Positions 37,611 through 51,474 are shown, counted from the first letter of the stretch. The stretch: 64,000 nt of DNA from Leucoraja erinacea (GCF_028641065.1 NC_073391.1:5580001-5644000), one strand, 5' to 3'. The notes: generated by a model from the letters alone, not told the origin. Translations and numbers: made by a program.

Positions 37611-40600
37611 TTCATTTTCAAACCACATTAAGGGCACTCACAGTTGAGTAGACATGTGTTCATTGTTATTCAGAGATCAGAGAGACGTGACCCTCTGGCT
37701 TCCTCCATCTTGCAGAGACTGAGTGCGGCACATCACTTCCTGGTTTTATAGTCCCTCCCCCGCCCTCCAGCAGGGGCAGCAGAGAGAATGGCTAATTTTT
37801 TTAAAACATTAATATGTCTCTGATTTTTCATCCATGGGAAAAATCCTCTGATCCCGGAAGGCGGACGGGGGCTCTGAGCGAGGTGGCCAAAAATGACGGC
37901 CGTAGGTGACGGCGTTCTCTCGGAAATCGCAGCACAGTGAGTCAAAAGCGGTCAAGATCAGATTTTGAGTAATATAGATTTGGCCAGATGCATGGAAAGG
38001 TTTAGAGGAATATGGGCCAAATGGGGCAAGCTTGGATGGGAATCTTAGTCAGCATGGACATTGGAATCGAAGGGCCTTTTTGCATGAATCTGATCTTTTT
38101 CTTCACTCTGAGGATAACAATGCCACTTACAATGCCCACATTGAATGTCCATTCTTAATTGTCCTCTAGAACTGATGTTAAGCCAGCTTTTTGAACCTGT
38201 GAGGTGATGATACTCTCATGGTAGGAAGTTCCAACAGTTTGATTATAGAGAGTTGGGTGACTGCTGTCGCCCTAAGATAATGCATTACTTGGAGGGTAAA
38301 TTACAGTCAGTGGAGTTCCAATATATCTGTTGCCTTCCATGTGGCACCTAAACTGCTGCATATCCACAAAACACTTTGTAATTCTCTCTTTCGATTTCCA
38401 GGCCCACCTCTATTTCTTTTTGAAATGCCTGGCTTCATTCCATTTTATAGATTTGTGTATTTTTCCCAAACTATTTAGTTCCTTTTCTCTATGCCTCCAT
38501 TAGTTTGGCATTGATTCCATTGTTGTTTCCTTTTTCCATGTTGTATTAGCCTTTGTGACTATTTCTTTCTTGTCTCTTCACATTTCTGCTTTTCCTCTTG
38601 TTTCACTCTCAGTCAGTTAGCCAAAGCACAGAGGATTGCTTGTAAGTGCATAACGAACATCGCAAATTAAATATAGTGTCGTGCAGTGAATTGAAAATCT
38701 CTGAGGCACTTGGAAAATTTTGCAGTGGTCATTTAGGTTGAGTTCCTGCCAACAGTTATGCTCCACTGAGCAGATACTCCAGAATGTTTCTACTTGTGCC
38801 CTTTTGTTTAAGGCACAAAATGGCTTCAAAAAGTAGAAGATTGCTACAAAAACTGGGACATTTGCCAGGTATAATGATTGTCCAGTCAGTTCACCTTGAC
38901 ACTATTTTTGACTCACTTTTATTTTACAAAGGCAACAAAGGAGAAGGTATATATTGTGCAGCATAACAGATGGTCAAGGGATGAAGTACAGACATGTTCA
39001 AGTCCTTGATTGCTTTGGGACTTGTAGTCCTTGAGTGATGACATGGTCTGTACTTGTTTGATCCATTTTTCAGCCGATTCTAGCCATAACCCATAAAAGG
39101 TGACATTGTTGTTTACTGAAGCAGTTTGTTACTTGTTAGTGGCAAGGATATTGGCAAGCAAAATAAGAACAAAAATAACCAAGGAAATATAAAATGTCAT
39201 TTTCTTCACAAATTATTCATTAAGTGATCAGTAATGGCCTATATTTGTGAACAATAGAAATAGAAGACACATTCTGGTTTCTCTTCTGCTGGTAACTTCT
39301 ACATTAACAGTAGGACCAATGCTCAGCACGAAAAGGCAACATTTATCACTTACTTAATAAAACTATAATTTATTTAAAAGTCAATCTAACTCTTTGCTGC
39401 CACTTGGAATGAACCATTGCAGTCTGTATATTTTAAGCTTATATTTTAACCATCTCCTTAGCTCTCATGTTTGCTTAGAATACATGAAAAAGCTCATCAT
39501 ACCAAATTGAAGTGCCTCAGATTACATAATGCTGTTGCAGGGTAGATTCAATTTCGTAATTGCTTCAACATCTTGCATTCTGCTACCTGGTTATCAGCTT
39601 CCAAATTTGCACTTATCACACAGAAGGACAAATGTGATTCATTTTAATTAAAAATAAAACTGATGCCAGGAGCATTCTTCAGAACGTCGAAGAGAAAGTA
39701 AAGATCTTTGATGACCTCAGCCACTGAGGATCAATTAAAATCATAGAAATCAAACAAGCAGTAACTAGTCTGCAAAGTACCTACTGTCGCAATAACAATG
39801 TCATGGTACAGTTTGGAAACTGTTCTTTTAATGCACATTCTCATTAAATGCCAGCAAAGATACTTATAACTTAACCAACTAAGTTTAATGAATTGTTATT
39901 AACGGTACACTGCACATTGTTATTGAACTTTAGCTGTCCAATTTCAAATTAGTTCAAATTGCAGGTTGCAGAATTTTGATCAAATATGTGAGCCACATCT
40001 AACCATAACTGTAATTTTAGACTAATATTTTACTCTAATGTTATTGCATTTTGACACAATGTTTGTAGGTCTTGATTTTTATTTTGATCAAAAGCTGCCT
40101 TGATCATGAAGGCTGGTTTCCACTAGTGGGAAAGTCTAGGACTAGGGGTCATAGCCTCAGAATTAAAGGACGTTCCTTCAGGAAGGTGATGAGGAGGAAT
40201 TTATTTTGCCTGAGGGTGGTGAATCAGTAGAATTCTTTGACACAGGAGTTTGTGGAGGCCAAGTCAATGGATATTTTTAAGGCAGAGATAGATTCTTGAT
40301 TAGTATGGGAGTCAGGGGTAATGGGGAGAAGGCAGGAGAATGGGAGGGAGAGATAGATAGATCAACCAAGATTGAATGGTGGAGGAGATGTGATGGGCCG
40401 AATGGCTTAATTCTGCTCCTATCATCAGCCTTGTCTCGCCTCAGCTCCCGTTTGGAATTTTGCTCTGTTGTCCAAGACTACAATGATGTTTGGACCCATG
40501 TGATCGTAGTGGAATCCAAACTGAAATAATTGATAAGGATATTGATGAGCATCTGCTTCTTGCTAGCAGCATCAACAATCCCTGCCACCAATTTGATGGT

Positions 40601-40804
40601 GCTTGAGAGGTCACTGATCGGGATATCATTTGCCAGGCTGGATTTGTTCTGGTTTCTGTTTATGGGATACACCTGGGCAATTTAACACACCTTGGCTAGA
40701 ACTACCGCTAGGTCTGTAGCACCTGTCTCAATCACTGCAGCCTGGATTTTTCTTCAGGATCCATATGCGGATCCATATGCCTGGGAAATTATAGTGTCTA
40801 ATAA

Positions 40805-41030
40805 TGCCCCTGTCCCACTTAGGAAATCTGAACGGAAACCTCTGGAGACTTTGCGCCCCACCCAACGTTTCCGTGCGGTTCCCGGAGGTTGCAGGTGGTT
40901 GCCGGAGGTTGCAGGTAGTGGAAGCAGGTAGGGAGACTAACAAAAACCTCCGGGAACCGCACAGAAACCTTGGGTGGGGCGTAAAGTCTCCAGAGGTTTC
41001 CGTTCAGGTTTTCTAAGTGGAACAGGGGCA
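40805..41030. mobile_element. PIF/Harbinger-type MITE, family C, with 86-bp inverted arms
   Basis: 40805-40890 inverted at 40945-41030; TAA on both sides. Confidence 0.88.
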
Positions 41031-41505
41031 TAACATTACATTTTGGTGCACTATAAGCCAGCAAAATCAAACTGAGGAGTAATTGGGGACTGATCATGGA
41101 CTCAATGCTCTTCTCAATGGATCCTTTGTGTGTTTGGCACAATAAAGCACAGATGACTTCAGAAATGGAGCATTCATGTTATTCAATGAACCACTTCCTA
41201 GATTTTAATTTGCTTGTGTGTGGCTGTGGATGTCCATATTTGGGAACCCACCAATAAATATTTATTTACCTGGCCTTCTCTTTCCTTCCTTCCACTCTCC
41301 CTCCCTCCCTCCCTCCCCCCCTCCCTCCCTCCCTCCCATCTCAACCCTTTGGCTCAAGCCTTCCCCACAGATCTGTCAACTGGCCTTCAACACCAACAGT
41401 TATCCAGCAGCCCCCACACTACATTAAACGCCAGCCTCTCTGATTGGCGACATCTCCCTTACTGCTCTCTCCTTCCCCAACCACAACCAGCAACCATCTG
41501 CATGA

Positions 41506-41626
41506 GTATGCTGGTTTAAATCGAAAATAGACACAAAAGACTGAAGAAGGGTTTCGACCTGAAACGTGCTTCTCTCCGGAGATGCTGCCTGTCCCGTTGA
41601 GTAACTCCAGCATTTTGTGTCAATCT
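41506..41626. mobile_element. Penelope-derived mini-element
   Basis: 13-bp TSD ACCATCTGCATGA (41493-41505 and 41627-41639); short inverted arm plus CTGAAGA..GAAAC motif. Confidence 0.85.
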
Positions 41627-41820
41627 ACCATCTGCATGATACCCCTCGACATACCAGCCAGGTTCCAACCTACCACTGCCTGGCCTGGCTGATGCCATCC
41701 AGTCCTGATGACTACACTTTCCAATAGCAGTCCAAGACCTCCCCAGCCCATCCTCATCTTCATCCTCATCCTCATCTGATTGCAACCCAATAATTCCCTG
41801 TGTACGTTCCATTGGACATT

Positions 41821-42126
41821 GTCACAGTGGCGCAGCGGTAGAGTTGCTGCCTTACAGTGCTTGCAGCGCTGGAGACCCGGGTTCGATCCCAACTATGGGT
41901 ACTGTCTGTACGTTCCCCCCGTGACCTGCATGGGTTTTCTCCGAGATCTTTGGTTTCCTCCCATACTTCAAAGTCATACAGGTTTGTAGGTTAATTGGCT
42001 TGGTAAATGTAAAACTCTCCCTAGTGGGTGTAGGATAGTGTTAATGTGCGGGGATCGCTGATCGGAGCGGACACGGTGGGCTGAAGGGCCTGTTTCCGTG
42101 CTGTATCTCTAAACTAAACTAAACTA
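41821..42126 (+). mobile_element. HE1-type V-SINE, near full length
   Basis: A box tggcgcagcgg, B box ggttcgatcc, V-domain, CR1-like tail and (CTAAA)n. Confidence 0.88.
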
Positions 42127-42400
42127 TAATTGGTGTTTTGTAGCAGAGGCCCATGATGAAAATGATAATTGATCCACCTGCGCTGATCGTGTAACTGGGC
42201 GACTTAATGCACCTAAATATTCGACATTCAATATCTCAGATAAATCTTGCGTGCATATTTTTTTTTCTAGACATTATATAAACTAGATCAAATTTGCTGT
42301 AGACTAGCATCTCTGATGTGGAACAGGGAGACTGGCCGTTTCAAGCTGATGATGGTAACATATGTACCATCATAACCCTGTCACTGGGGACACAGAGTTA

Positions 42401-42728
42401 AGGGGCTGTCCCACTGTACGAAATAATTCAAGAGCTCTCCCGCGTTTAAAAAAAAAAAAAACTTGTGGTAAGCATGTAGAATGTACGTAGCAGGTACGTC
42501 GGAGTTCAGGACGTCTCTTAGCGGCTCGTAACGCTAACGGCAGGTACTCGGGAAATGCGGTGAAGACTCGTGAAATGCGTGAAGATTCGTGAAGATTTTT
42601 CAACATGTTTGAAAACATCCATGAGAGCCCCGAGTACCTACGAGCGGCTATTACCATAATTCTCTGAGTTCGAATCAGGGGAAATTCGGGAGATCTCTTG
42701 AATTAGCTCGTACAGAGGGACAGCCCCT
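42401..42728. mobile_element. PIF/Harbinger-type MITE, family D copy 1
   Basis: TIRs aggggctgtcccactgtacga / tcgtacagagggacagcccct; TTA TSD. Confidence 0.88.
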
Positions 42729-42919
42729 TTACAGTTTTGGGCCAAGATGCTGGAGAAAACACATGTTTATTCAGAGAGTAGTTATGATCCATAACTCACA
42801 GCATGTAAAGGATGGAAACTGAATCAATCTTAAAGGAGTATTGAAAAACCATTTGAATGATAATTTGCAGGGCTGTGAGAAAGGAGTGAGGGCGTGGGGC
42901 TGATAGGAATGTTCTATTG

Positions 42920-44265
42920 TTTCAATTCAATTCAATTCAGTTTTATTTGTCATATGTAGGTTAACACAGGGTCAACGGTACGATGAAATCTGTTTGACAA
43001 GACAATGGGTCACCTCAGCAATAATATAACAAGGATAAAATAAGATAAACGTGACATTAGTAAGGTAAAAAGACAATCATAAAATAATCAACATATAGAT
43101 GATGTGAAATGTGTTTACGAGTTGAGAAGCCTGATGGCCTGATGGTAAAAACTGTTTTTAAGTCTGGTGGTACGTGCAGCCATGCTCCTGTATCATCTGC
43201 CTGACGTTAACAAGGAGAACACTCTGCGTGCTGGGTGGCTGTGGTCGTTGATGATGCTGTGTGCCTTCCGCAGGCACCACCGGTGGAAAATGTCCCGAAT
43301 GGCCGGGAGACAGTTGCCAGTGATGTGCTGTGCCGCCTTCACCACTCTCTGTAGTGATTTGCGGCAGAACAGTTCCCGTACCAAACTGTGATGCAGCCCG
43401 TCAGCAGATTCTCGATGGTGCAACTGTAGAAGTCTGTGAGGATGCTGGCGTTCATGCCAAACCTCCTCAGCCTTTCAGGAAAAAGAGCCGCTGGCGGGCT
43501 TTCTTTGTTACTGTGTCCGTGTGCAGTGTCCAAGAGAGGTCCTCAGTGATGTCACACCGAGGAACTTGTAGCTGCTGACCCTTTCAACCTCAGCATCACC
43601 GATGTGGATGGGGAGGTGTCCACTCCCCTGCTGTCTCCTGTAGTCCACGATCATCTCTTTAGTTTTGCTGACATTGAGAGAGAGGTTATTTTCCTGGCAC
43701 CAGCTGTTAAGTGCCTTTACCTCCTCTCTATAGGGCGTCTCATTATTGTCTGTGATGAGGCCCAGGATGGTCGTGTCGTCAGCAAACTTTAAGATGATGT
43801 TTGAGCTATGCTTGGCAGGACAGTTGTGCGTTAACTTGGAGTACAGGAGAGGACTGAGTACACAGCCCTGTGGTGTGCCTGTGTTGAGGATCAGTGAGGA
43901 AGAGGTGTGGCTGCCAATATTCACCACCTGGGGCCTGCCCGTCAGAAAGTCGAATATCCAGCCGCAGATGGAGGCCTCCAGTCCAGGACATAGGAGCTTG
44001 GGGACGAGCTTTGAGGGAATGTTGGTGTTGAATGCCGAGCTGTTGTCAATGAAGAGCATTCTCACATATGTATTTCCTTTGTCCAGGATGGTGGGCGCAG
44101 TGTGTGTTGCCATGGCGATGGCATAGTCCGTGGCCCAGTTTGGTCTCTATGCAAATTGAAGAGGGTCCAATGTGTGAGGGAGAGAGGAGCAGATGTGAGT
44201 TTTGATTAGTCGCTCGAAGCACTTCATGATGACTGATGTCAGTGTGACAGGACGGTAGTAGTTTA
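42920..44265 (-). mobile_element. Rex1/Babar-like LINE 3' portion
   Basis: [44 protein letters not shown]; (AATTG)n tail. Confidence 0.92.
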
Positions 44266-45286
44266 CTGATGGGCTGAGTGGTCTTTGCTATTACAAACGT
44301 ATGATTCTACAATTTTCATACTCCATCAAATCCTGGACAATAATGGACAAGTGAATATGTTAACTAACTACAATAGACAATAGACAATAGGTGCAGGAGT
44401 AGGCCATTCGGCCCTTCAGCCATTCGAGCCCTTTGAGCCAGCACCGCCATTCACTGTGATCATGGCAATACAGAACATAAAGTCGTGAATTTCAATCCAT
44501 GCTGACAAGACTGCCTTCACCAGACATGCAACACAGATAAGTGGTGAACATGGAAGACAGCGGAAGAGAAAACATGTTTCCCCTAAAACACAAGCTTCAC
44601 TTTGGCAAAATGGCAGAGGGAATACAAATTCCACAAATCGGACAATCAGGCTTGAAGTAGCATTGTTCAGCAAATAATCGCGCCTGGGCTTGCGGCTGCC
44701 CTTTGTAAATGGCTACTCAGCCAGTGAAGAGCGGAGCTGTTAAAGACATAATAACAGTGGACCGACCTGCTCAATTATAATAATTTGGGGGGCAGGAATG
44801 AGGCCAATACATACTTGCAGCATGATAAAAAAAAAAGCAATTAACTCTAATGGAAATCTGAATTCAGCACAATGTGTACTAAGGGGCTTGCTGTCTGAAT
44901 CCACAGGGTTTGTGTACTTAGAGGGGGTGGGAGGGGATTGGCATCTATGATTAACTGGGGACAGGTCTCTAAATTAAAACAGCTTAGTTTTATCTTTATT
45001 TTCACTGACGTTCCATACTTCAGCATTCGTGGTGTCCAACCAGAAATTCCTGCATAATCTAAAAAACACTTGATGTCAGAGATTAAGGTAGATAAATTTA
45101 TACCATAGGTGTGAAATAATGGATTCCTGTCTTTGAAAGCTGAGAGTTGTGGTGCTGCTTATTTTAATGTTAAATTCCCATGTATCATTACTGGCACCTC
45201 AAGAGCATCAAAGAAGCTTCTGTGGCAGCAGGCAGAGGTAGCTGTAAATCACTAATTATGCAGCGTTTAGCTTGGCTGGGTGGACA

Positions 45287-45435
45287 NNNNNNNNNNNNNN
45301 NNNNNNNNNNNNNNNNNNNNNNNNNNNNNNNNNNNNNNNNNNNNNNNNNNNNNNNNNNNNNNNNNNNNNNNNNNNNNNNNNNNNNNNNNNNNNNNNNNNN
45401 NNNNNNNNNNNNNNNNNNNNNNNNNNNNNNNNNNN
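45287..45435. other. Assembly gap (149 N)
   Basis: Run of N. Confidence 1.
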
Positions 45436-45699
45436 TCTCTTATGTAGAATTTTTTTTAGTGATTTTGAATATAAATCTGAAATACATAATAAGATATGTT
45501 AGTCTATAGTACTGTCAGAATGACAAACAAATGTGAAGAGCAAACGCACTTTTGTGTGCATGTTGATGGATCCAGCCCCACCTCAACATCACTCCTGGTG
45601 GAGGCAGATACGACATTGGCATTTTAGAGGCTTTAGATAGGCATGTGGAAGTGCAGGGAATAGAGGGATATGGATCATGTACAGGCAGATGAGATCAGT

Positions 45700-45861
45700 G
45701 TAAGGAATGGGTGATGTTTCAGGTCGTGACCCTTCTTCAGATTAATAGACCTGAAATATCACCCATTCCTTCTCTCCAGAGATGCTGACTGTCCCCCCAC
45801 TGAGTTACTCCAGCTTTTTGTGTCTATCTTAGATTTTAAAGAGCATCTGCAGTTCCTACAC
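45700..45861. mobile_element. Palindromic Penelope-derived mini-element inside a CR1 tail
   Basis: 11-bp TSD ATGAGATCAGT (45689-45699 and 45862-45872). Confidence 0.85.
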
Positions 45862-45942
45862 ATGAGATCAGTTTAACTTGGCATCATGTTCGGCACAAAC
45901 TTTGTGATCAGAAGGGCCTGTTCCTGCACTGTCCTGTCCTCT

Positions 45943-46150
45943 GTAGGAAGGAACTGCAGATGCTGGTTTAAACCGAAGATAGACACAAAAACCTGGAGTA
46001 ACTCAGCAGGACAGGCAGCATCTCTGGAGAGAAGGAATGGGTGACGTTTCGGTTCTGAAGTAGGGTCTTGATCCGAAACATCACCCATTCCTTTGCTCCA
46101 GAGATGCTGCCTGTCCCGCTATGATACTCCAGCTTTTTGTGTCTATCTTC
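45943..46150. mobile_element. Palindromic Penelope-derived mini-element
   Basis: Two inverted arms meeting at gtgacgtttcgg|ttctgaagtagggtc. Confidence 0.85.
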
Positions 46151-46569
46151 TGTACTGTTCTATGTTCTGTCCCGTTCCAAGTGGCCGCTAATATAGAGAC
46201 TGCAAAACAATCTCTTGTTTTCTTGAATGAGAATGTATTCAACTATGACTCAATAAAGAGTAGGTTCAAATATTAAATATCAATAGTATACTTCCCTGCA
46301 AGAAAAATGACAATGAGTCTTCAATGTAACTAAATAATCCGCAGGTGAACAGTCAAATAAGACCACCATGGCGAATGATTGAGGGAAGTGATGCAGAGGT
46401 GGAGCTGTATCATCACTTGGGTTAGGGTTCCGTCATTGTATACGTGGAAGTGCATCCGTTATTTACACCTAGGATGTAAGTTGCTTGGTTCCATTTTAAT
46501 GATGTACTTTCGCTTTAATCTACATGGTCCTGGTTTCCCAGGAAATCCAACAAAAAAAGGTTGAAGGAA

Positions 46570-46702
46570 CAGTCTGAAGAAGGGTCTCGACCTGAAACAT
46601 CGCCTATTCCCTCTCTCCATAGATGCTGCCTCACCCGCTGAGTTTCTCCAGCATTTTCTGTCTACTTTCGATTTTTCCAGCAACTGCAGCTCCTTCTCAA
46701 AC
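46570..46702 (+). mobile_element. Penelope pseudo-LTR fragment beginning at the hammerhead motif
   Basis: gtCTGAAGAagggtctcgacctGAAAcATC followed by the pseudo-LTR body. Confidence 0.82.
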
Positions 46703-47729
46703 AATAAAAGGTTGTATCTTTCCATAAATGAAGCTCTACTTGTGGGTCAGATGGAGCGGCATAATCTTATCAGACACATTCCAATGAACACTGAGCAATT
46801 TTTTCCTCCCCTCAATACCAATCGACAATCAAGAAACCCTGCATCACTGAAGGCTGATTTCTCTGTCAATCGCTGAATTTAGGCAAAATCCTATCTTTGA
46901 TACCACTCCCTGCCCCCAAATCTGCTGACCACTTGTAATTAGCAAGTATCTGTGGTCACAGGCAGTGCCTCATCCATGCTTTTGTCAGCTCTTCACATTA
47001 AACCTCAGACTATTTCTTGCAATCCTGTTGCACCATTAAGTTTAATCAGTAGGTTTCTAGATTGACTTTAAAAAATCAACAGACAGAAATAATAGATTCA
47101 TCAGGGTGTTAAGGAGACGGTTCTGCTGGTCATACAGCTGTTTGAAGAAATATTTGAATTTTCAAGAAATTGTATTAGCGTTATAAAATCTTCACAAGTG
47201 CTTTACAGAATTGTTATCAATCAGAATTAGCCGCATGAGGCGAATATGAAGTGTGTGACAGAGCATGATCAAAGATAGATTTTAATAACTACATTGAAGG
47301 ACAAGAGAAGTGAATGGGCTTCACAGAGGGAATGCCAGAGATTCAGACTTGACAACTAAAGACATGGCCACCAATTGTTAACAAATATGTTTTTGGCTAG
47401 ATCTGAAGGGGCACATATATCTTGATGTAAATCTATAGGTGATTACAGAGATTGGGAGATGCGAGTCTCTAATGGGATACAAATAAGGTTGGCAAGGATA
47501 GAAGTGTCTGGAAAGGAAGCTTGGTGCAAGAGACAACACAGGCAGCAGAGCATTGGAAGGTTTCACATATGTGGACAACTGAATGAGGTCGTGGAAATGT
47601 GTTGGAGCAGTAAGGATTAGAGGATTGGTAAGGACAATTCTCCCAGCATCAGAAGATGTGAAGCAGGGTGGAGCAGGTCAATAAGAACACCTCTCACGGC
47701 AACTGAAGATGAACAAAAAAATAAATAAA

Positions 47730-48770
47730 TAAAGGTCATAAGGTCATGTGATAGGAGTAGAATTATTCGATTTGGCCCATCAAGTCTACTCTGCCATTCA
47801 ATCATGACTGATCTATCTCTCCCTCCTAACCCCATTCTCCTGCCTTCGCCCCATAACCTCTGGCACCTGTACAAATCAAGAAATTATCTATCTCTGCCTT
47901 AAAATATCCACCGACTTGGCTTCCACAGCCTTCTGTGGCAAAGAATTCCACAGATTCACCACCCTCTGACTAGAAATTTCTCCCTATCTCCTTCCTAAAA
48001 GAAACTGTCTAATTATGAGGCTATGACCTGTAGTCCTAGACACTCCCACTAATGGAAACATTAGTGGATAAAGCCTTTTATTATTCTGTATGTTTCAATG
48101 AGGTCCCCACTCATTCTTCTAAACTCCAGTGAGTACAGATCCAGTGCCGACAAACGCTCATCATAGGTTAACCTACTCATTTCTGGGATCATTCTTGTAA
48201 ACCTCCTCTGGACCCTCTCCAGAGTCAGCACATCCTTCCTCAGATATGGTGTTCAAAATTGCTCACAATATTCCAAATGCAGTCTTACCAGCCCCTTATA
48301 GAGCCTCAGCATTACATCCCTGTTTTTGTATATAAGCCCTCTTGAAATAAATGCTAGCATTAGGTAGCTTTCTTTACTACTGATTCGACTTGCAGATTAA
48401 CGTTTTGGGAATCCTGCACCAAAAACCTACGATTCCTGGATTCTCTCCTCATTTAGAAAATAGTCAATGCCTTTATTCCTACTACCAAAATGCATGATTC
48501 CACACTTTTACTACACTATATTCCATCTGCCACTTCTCTGCCCACTCTCCCAACCTGTCCAAGTCCTTCTTCAGAGTCCCTGCTTTCTCTACATTACCTG
48601 CCCTTCCACCTATTTCGTATCATCCACAGACTTGGCCACAAAGCCTTCAGTCCACTCATCCAAATCATTAATATACAACGTGAAGAGTAGCGGCACCAGC
48701 ACCGAGCCCTGCGGAACTGCGCTAATCACTTGCAGCCAACCGGATGAAGCTTCCTTTTTTGCCATTCAGC
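47730..48770 (-). mobile_element. CR1 3' fragment (RT C-terminus to tail)
   Basis: Reverse-strand AVPQGSVLVP..VAKSVDD region through to the 3' hairpin. Confidence 0.85.
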
Positions 48771-49699
48771 TAACCTGATAGTCTGTTCTCACAGTGGTAA
48801 AAATAGGTGGAAATACTGACAACATGGATATGTAACAACTCCGGCATGAGGTTTGTGAAACCTACTGAGATATGTAGTAGATGGGCCAAGGCAGGTAGCA
48901 ATGAGTGGTAAGTCATCTCTCCACTTGTGAACACTGGTGCAATGGCCTTGAATATTGTTATAGCTTATGGGCAGGATAGAGGATAACATCCAACAATCAT
49001 CCTTGGTATACACTGGCAGAAGGGAAGTCATTCTAAGTGATTTCTTTAGCAATGCCTGCATGAACAAAATTGGAGAGAAAATCCTGCGAATATTCAATAT
49101 GTCAGGCAGCATTTGTAAAAAGAGAAAAATAATTTCAGGTTGAAACTATTATTAGAAGTCATCAGATCTATGATGACGTTTTATCAACCTGAAATATAAA
49201 TGCTGATTTACTGTCCACAGATGCTGCCTGACCTGCAAATATACTCAACATGTTAGCTTTCATTTCAAGTTTCTTGTACCTGCAGTTAGAAAAAAATGAG
49301 TGCATAATTTGTTACATATCCAACCAAAGATGATAGTTGGGGCAACTGTGTAAAAAAATGAAGAGGATGTTGCCAGGACTCGAGAGTGTGAGCTATAGGG
49401 AGAGGTTGAGTAGGCTGGGACTCTATTCTTGTGCAGGAGGATGAGAGGTCATCTTATAAGGGACTGTGGTAACGGTGAAATCGACAGAAGGATGGAGGGT
49501 TGGGTGTGTATGCGTGCTTTGTCTGTGTTTTTTATTTATTTGCTTATCTTTATTATTTTACCGTGGATGTTTCGTTAGCTTTAGAAATGTTTGAATGCTG
49601 CACTGACTGGCTGACATTTTAAATTTCGTTGTACATGGCCCATGTTACAATGACAATAAAGAATAAAGAAAGAATAAAGAAAGAAAAGAAAGATAGAGG

Positions 49700-50725
49700 T
49701 CATAGACTCCTAGAGTCATAGATTAATACAGTGTGGAAATAGGCCCAACTCGCCCACACCGGCCAACAATATCCCAGCTACACTAGTCCCACTTGCCTGT
49801 GCTTGGTCCATAACCCTTCAAACCTGTCCTATCCATGTATCTGTCCAACTGTTTCTTAAATGATGGGATAATCCCAGACTTAACTACCTCCTCTGGCAGC
49901 TTGTTCCATACACCACAACCCTCAGTGTGAAAAGGTTACCTCTTAGATTCCTATTAAATCTTTTCCCCTTCACCTTGAACCTATGTCCTCTGGTCCTCGA
50001 TTTCCTTACTTTGGGTACTCTGGGTAAAATACTCTGTGTATCTACCGGATCTATTCCTCTCATGATTTTATACACCTCTATAAGATTACCCCTCATCCTC
50101 CTGTGCTCCATGGAATAGAGACCCAGCCTACTGAACCTCTCCTTAGAGCTCACACCTTCTGGTCCTGGCAACATCATCATAAAACTTTTCTGAACCCTTT
50201 CAAGCTTGCCAATATATTTCCTATAACATGGTGCCCAGAACTAAACACAATATTATAAATGCAGTCTCACCAACGTCTTATACAACTGCAACATGACCTC
50301 CCAACTTCTATACCCAATGCTCTGACTGATGAAGGCCAAAGTGCCAAAAGCCTTTCTGACCACTTTATCTATCTGTATAAAATCATGAGAGGAATAGATC
50401 GGGTAGATGCACAGAGTCTCTTGCCCAGAGTTGGGGAATCGAGCACCAGAGAACATAGGTTTCAGATGAAGGGGAAAAGATTTAATATGAACCTGAGGGC
50501 GAACTTTTTCACACAAAGGGTGGTGGGGGTATGGAACAAGTTGCCAGAGGAATTGGTGTGGCAGGGACTATCATAACACTGAAGAAACAGTTAGACACGG
50601 ATAGGACAGGTTTGGAGAGATATGGGCCAAATGCAGCGCGGGCAGGTGGGACGTGTAGCGGTGACATGTTGGCCGGTGTGGGCAAGTTGGGCCAAAGGGT
50701 TTGTTTCCACGCTGTATCACTCTAT
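49700..50725. mobile_element. Divergent pair of CR1 3' fragments (- about 49700-50370; + about 50372-50725)
   Basis: Both carry YKIMRGID..LPRV..TR.HRF..KGKRFN.NLR. Confidence 0.85.
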
Positions 50726-51240
50726 GCCTCCAGGATGGATAGATTATCTTTACTGCAAATAACATAGGAAGTTATTTGTGGTTATTCTAAGAGCTGTGGT
50801 GGGGATAGGGATTTGATAGGATACATTCAATTAAATAATCCAAGGTTTGAATGGCTGACCAGGAAGGAAAGAGATGTTGAAAATTAGTCTAAATTTGCAA
50901 ATGCTGAGATATCATGTAAAATAGTGCTGGCGTCAAATTTAACACGCCTCACCAGATGCTTTAGCAAAGAAGTAACATAATAACCTTGAAGAGCCAAAAG
51001 GGGAATGAAGAATTTGTGCAACATCTTTGTTTATAACAGTCCCTCACCACTTGTGCTGACTCTGTCGTTGCACAAGATCAGAAGGCTACAGAAGATGGTC
51101 TTTTTCCACATTCCACCTCAAAGTTTATGGAAACTACTGGCTCCCATCAATGGGATCGGAACGTAAATCACTATCCACCTTTACTGAATAGTTAATTCCA
51201 TCAAATGAAAGGGAAGATAAACCAAGGAGAATTAAACAAA

Positions 51241-51474
51241 AATGTGCAGGAGGGAACTGCAGATGCTGGTTTACACCGAAGATAGACACAAAATGCTGGA
51301 GTAACTCAGCGGGACAGAGAGCATCTCTGGAGAGAAGGAATGGGTGACGTTACAGGTCAAGACCCTTCTTCAGACTGTCTGAAGTAGGGTCTCGATCCGA
51401 AACATCACCCATTCCTTCTATCCAGAGATGCTGCCTGTCCCGCTGAGTTACTCCAGCATTTTGTGTCCATCTTA
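51241..51474. mobile_element. Palindromic Penelope-derived mini-element with two abutting hammerhead-like motifs
   Basis: Centre cccttcttcagac-t-gtctgaagtaggg; 13-bp TSD AGAATTAAACAAA (51228-51240 and 51475-51487). Confidence 0.9.

Larger units (their letters stand above)
34525..37978 (-). mobile_element. Chimeric non-autonomous Helitron with internal tandem arrays
   Basis: Minus strand starts TCTATATT (37978) and ends CTAG (34525) with a subterminal hairpin remnant. Inserted between host A and T without TSD; the host CR1 tail rejoins as aagata|tttggccag. 34525-35416 is homologous to 52607-53616. Confidence 0.88.

Noticed and set aside
35427-37651. Long ORFs of 734, 574, 370 and 349 aa
   Set aside because: Artefact of a 35-bp unit with no stop codon in any + frame; the same periodic peptide appears in all frames.
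41821-41895. tRNA gene
   Set aside because: The A/B boxes are the head of a V-SINE continuing into the V-domain and LINE tail.
44640-44900. Possible conserved enhancer in a non-repetitive intronic stretch
   Set aside because: Only isolated short motifs; needs cross-species alignment or chromatin data.
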